This document shows, piece by piece, positions 31,323 to 32,000 of a stretch of DNA of 32,000 bases; position 1 is the stretch's first letter, and each line of letters begins with the position of its first letter. A model generated the notes under the pieces. The model did no database searches. It worked only from the letters and a program-made list of their open reading frames with translations, and had not been told where the DNA came from. This DNA comes from Candidatus Lokiarchaeum ossiferum. Lineage in GTDB: Archaea; Asgardarchaeota; Lokiarchaeia; Sigyniarchaeales; Promethearchaeaceae. Both the position numbers and the translations under genes were made by a program. The stretch is taken from positions 780,001-812,000 of the forward strand of contig CP104013.1 of the NCBI GenBank assembly GCA_025839675.1, given 5' to 3'.

Positions 31323-32000
31323 ATGCCCTATACCTTTTTACCCGATACATCTGTTATGTATAATCGCCGAATTCTTGAATTTATTGAAGATGGAGTGTTA
31401 GATAATTATCATCCTTCAGAATTGGAATCCGTTACTCAAGTAGAAGTCACTACGATTGTTCTCTCTCGTGTGATGTTATCCGAAATCGAAAATCAAGCAA
31501 ATCAAACAAAAGCTCAAGAAAATGTAGGTTTAGAAGTCCTTCACGAACTTTATAGACTCAAAAAGCAAGGAAAAATTTTAACTACCATCGTTGGAGAACG
31601 CCCAAAGTTAGAACAGATCAAACTTAATCCCGGAGGAGAGCTTGATGCATTAATCCGAGAAGATGCTTTAAAATCCAATTCAATTTTAATTACTGCAGAT
31701 GAAGTTCAGTCTTCAGTTGCATTAGTTCAAGGTATAGACGTTCTATATACAATGAATATGCCAGAATTAGATAATATCCAACCACATGAAGATCATGTTA
31801 AACAAATTCAAGATTTCTTTGACGATAAAACAATGAGTGCACATTTACGAGGACACTGCAAACCTATGGCTAAACGGGGTCGTCCTGGTGATTGGAAACT
31901 TGAGCCGATCAGCGAAGATATTATGGAACCTTCAGAAGTCGCTGAAATTGCCAATCGTATTATCCGAGATGCAAAAAACGATGAAAAATCCTTTGTTGAA
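31323..32000 (+). CDS. PIN-domain ATPase (archaeal COG1855 'PilT-family' PIN-ATPase-KH protein), 3'-truncated by the window edge
   Basis: This ORF is not in the supplied track because it runs off the window. My translation reads MPYTFLPDTSVMYNRRILEFIEDG...VLSEIENQANQ...IVGERPKLEQIKLNPGGELDALIRED...ITADEVQSSVALVQGIDVLY and is open for 226 codons to nt 32000. Confidence 0.65.
   Translation, partial: MPYTFLPDTSVMYNRRILEFIEDGVLDNYHPSELESVTQVEVTTIVLSRVMLSEIENQANQTKAQENVGLEVLHELYRLKKQGKILTTIVGERPKLEQIKLNPGGELDALIREDALKSNSILITADEVQSSVALVQGIDVLYTMNMPELDNIQPHEDHVKQIQDFFDDKTMSAHLRGHCKPMAKRGRPGDWKLEPISEDIMEPSEVAEIANRIIRDAKNDEKSFVE

Noticed and set aside
1-32000. Searched for CRISPR arrays, tRNA/rRNA genes, IS elements, integrases and prophage hallmarks
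   Set aside because: I saw no regularly spaced short direct repeats, no GC-rich cloverleaf-sized intergenic islands, and no transposase, integrase or terminal-inverted-repeat signatures by eye. The only sizeable repeat is the 1.5-kb tandem unit at the left end. A covariance-model scan (tRNAscan-SE/Infernal) would be needed to exclude small ncRNAs.

Overview
This is an AT-rich chromosomal window with about 31 protein-coding genes. I saw no rRNA, tRNA, CRISPR array, transposase or integrase. EndA (tRNA-splicing endonuclease), a COG1855-type PIN-ATPase and oligo-T tracts after genes mark it as archaeal. A Rag/Gtr1-like GTPase with a roadblock-like C-terminus and stand-alone LRR proteins suggest an Asgard (Lokiarchaeia-like) archaeon; this is inference only. 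Most of the window is housekeeping or accessory metabolism and regulation: MerR and MarR regulators, nitroreductase, PepD dipeptidase, rhomboid protease, an MBL hydrolase, fused Fe-S L-serine dehydratase plus an OCD/mu-crystallin enzyme, a heterodimeric ABC exporter, a DHFR-like protein, an SplB-like radical SAM protein, an LVIVD surface protein and a GT-C-like membrane protein. The standout is the left 4.3 kb. A large protein of unknown function and an LRR partner are followed by a tandem second unit, which consists of a 5'-truncated orphan copy of only the C-terminal domain plus a second LRR partner. The two units share nearly identical conserved arms. One arm is a GC-rich core with 1 mismatch in 126 nt. 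The arms bracket a contiguous variable block that spans the CT tip and the N-terminal two-thirds of the LRR gene. This layout resembles orphan CT/immunity cassettes of bacterial polymorphic-toxin loci, but with an unrecognised domain family in an archaeal context. Other items worth a second look:
- an SPPY beta-class DNA methyltransferase coupled to a tandem winged-helix protein, with no nuclease nearby
- a stand-alone NRPS-type condensation-domain protein
- a membrane-anchored bPH-XRE regulator with two palindromic sites exactly 50 bp apart
- a paralogous pair of RHH-like proteins with 'K-I-s-H-C-x-x-V-x-F' repeats upstream of the ABC exporter
- an EndA copy that lacks the catalytic histidine
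All functional calls come from motif recognition by eye and no database search was run.
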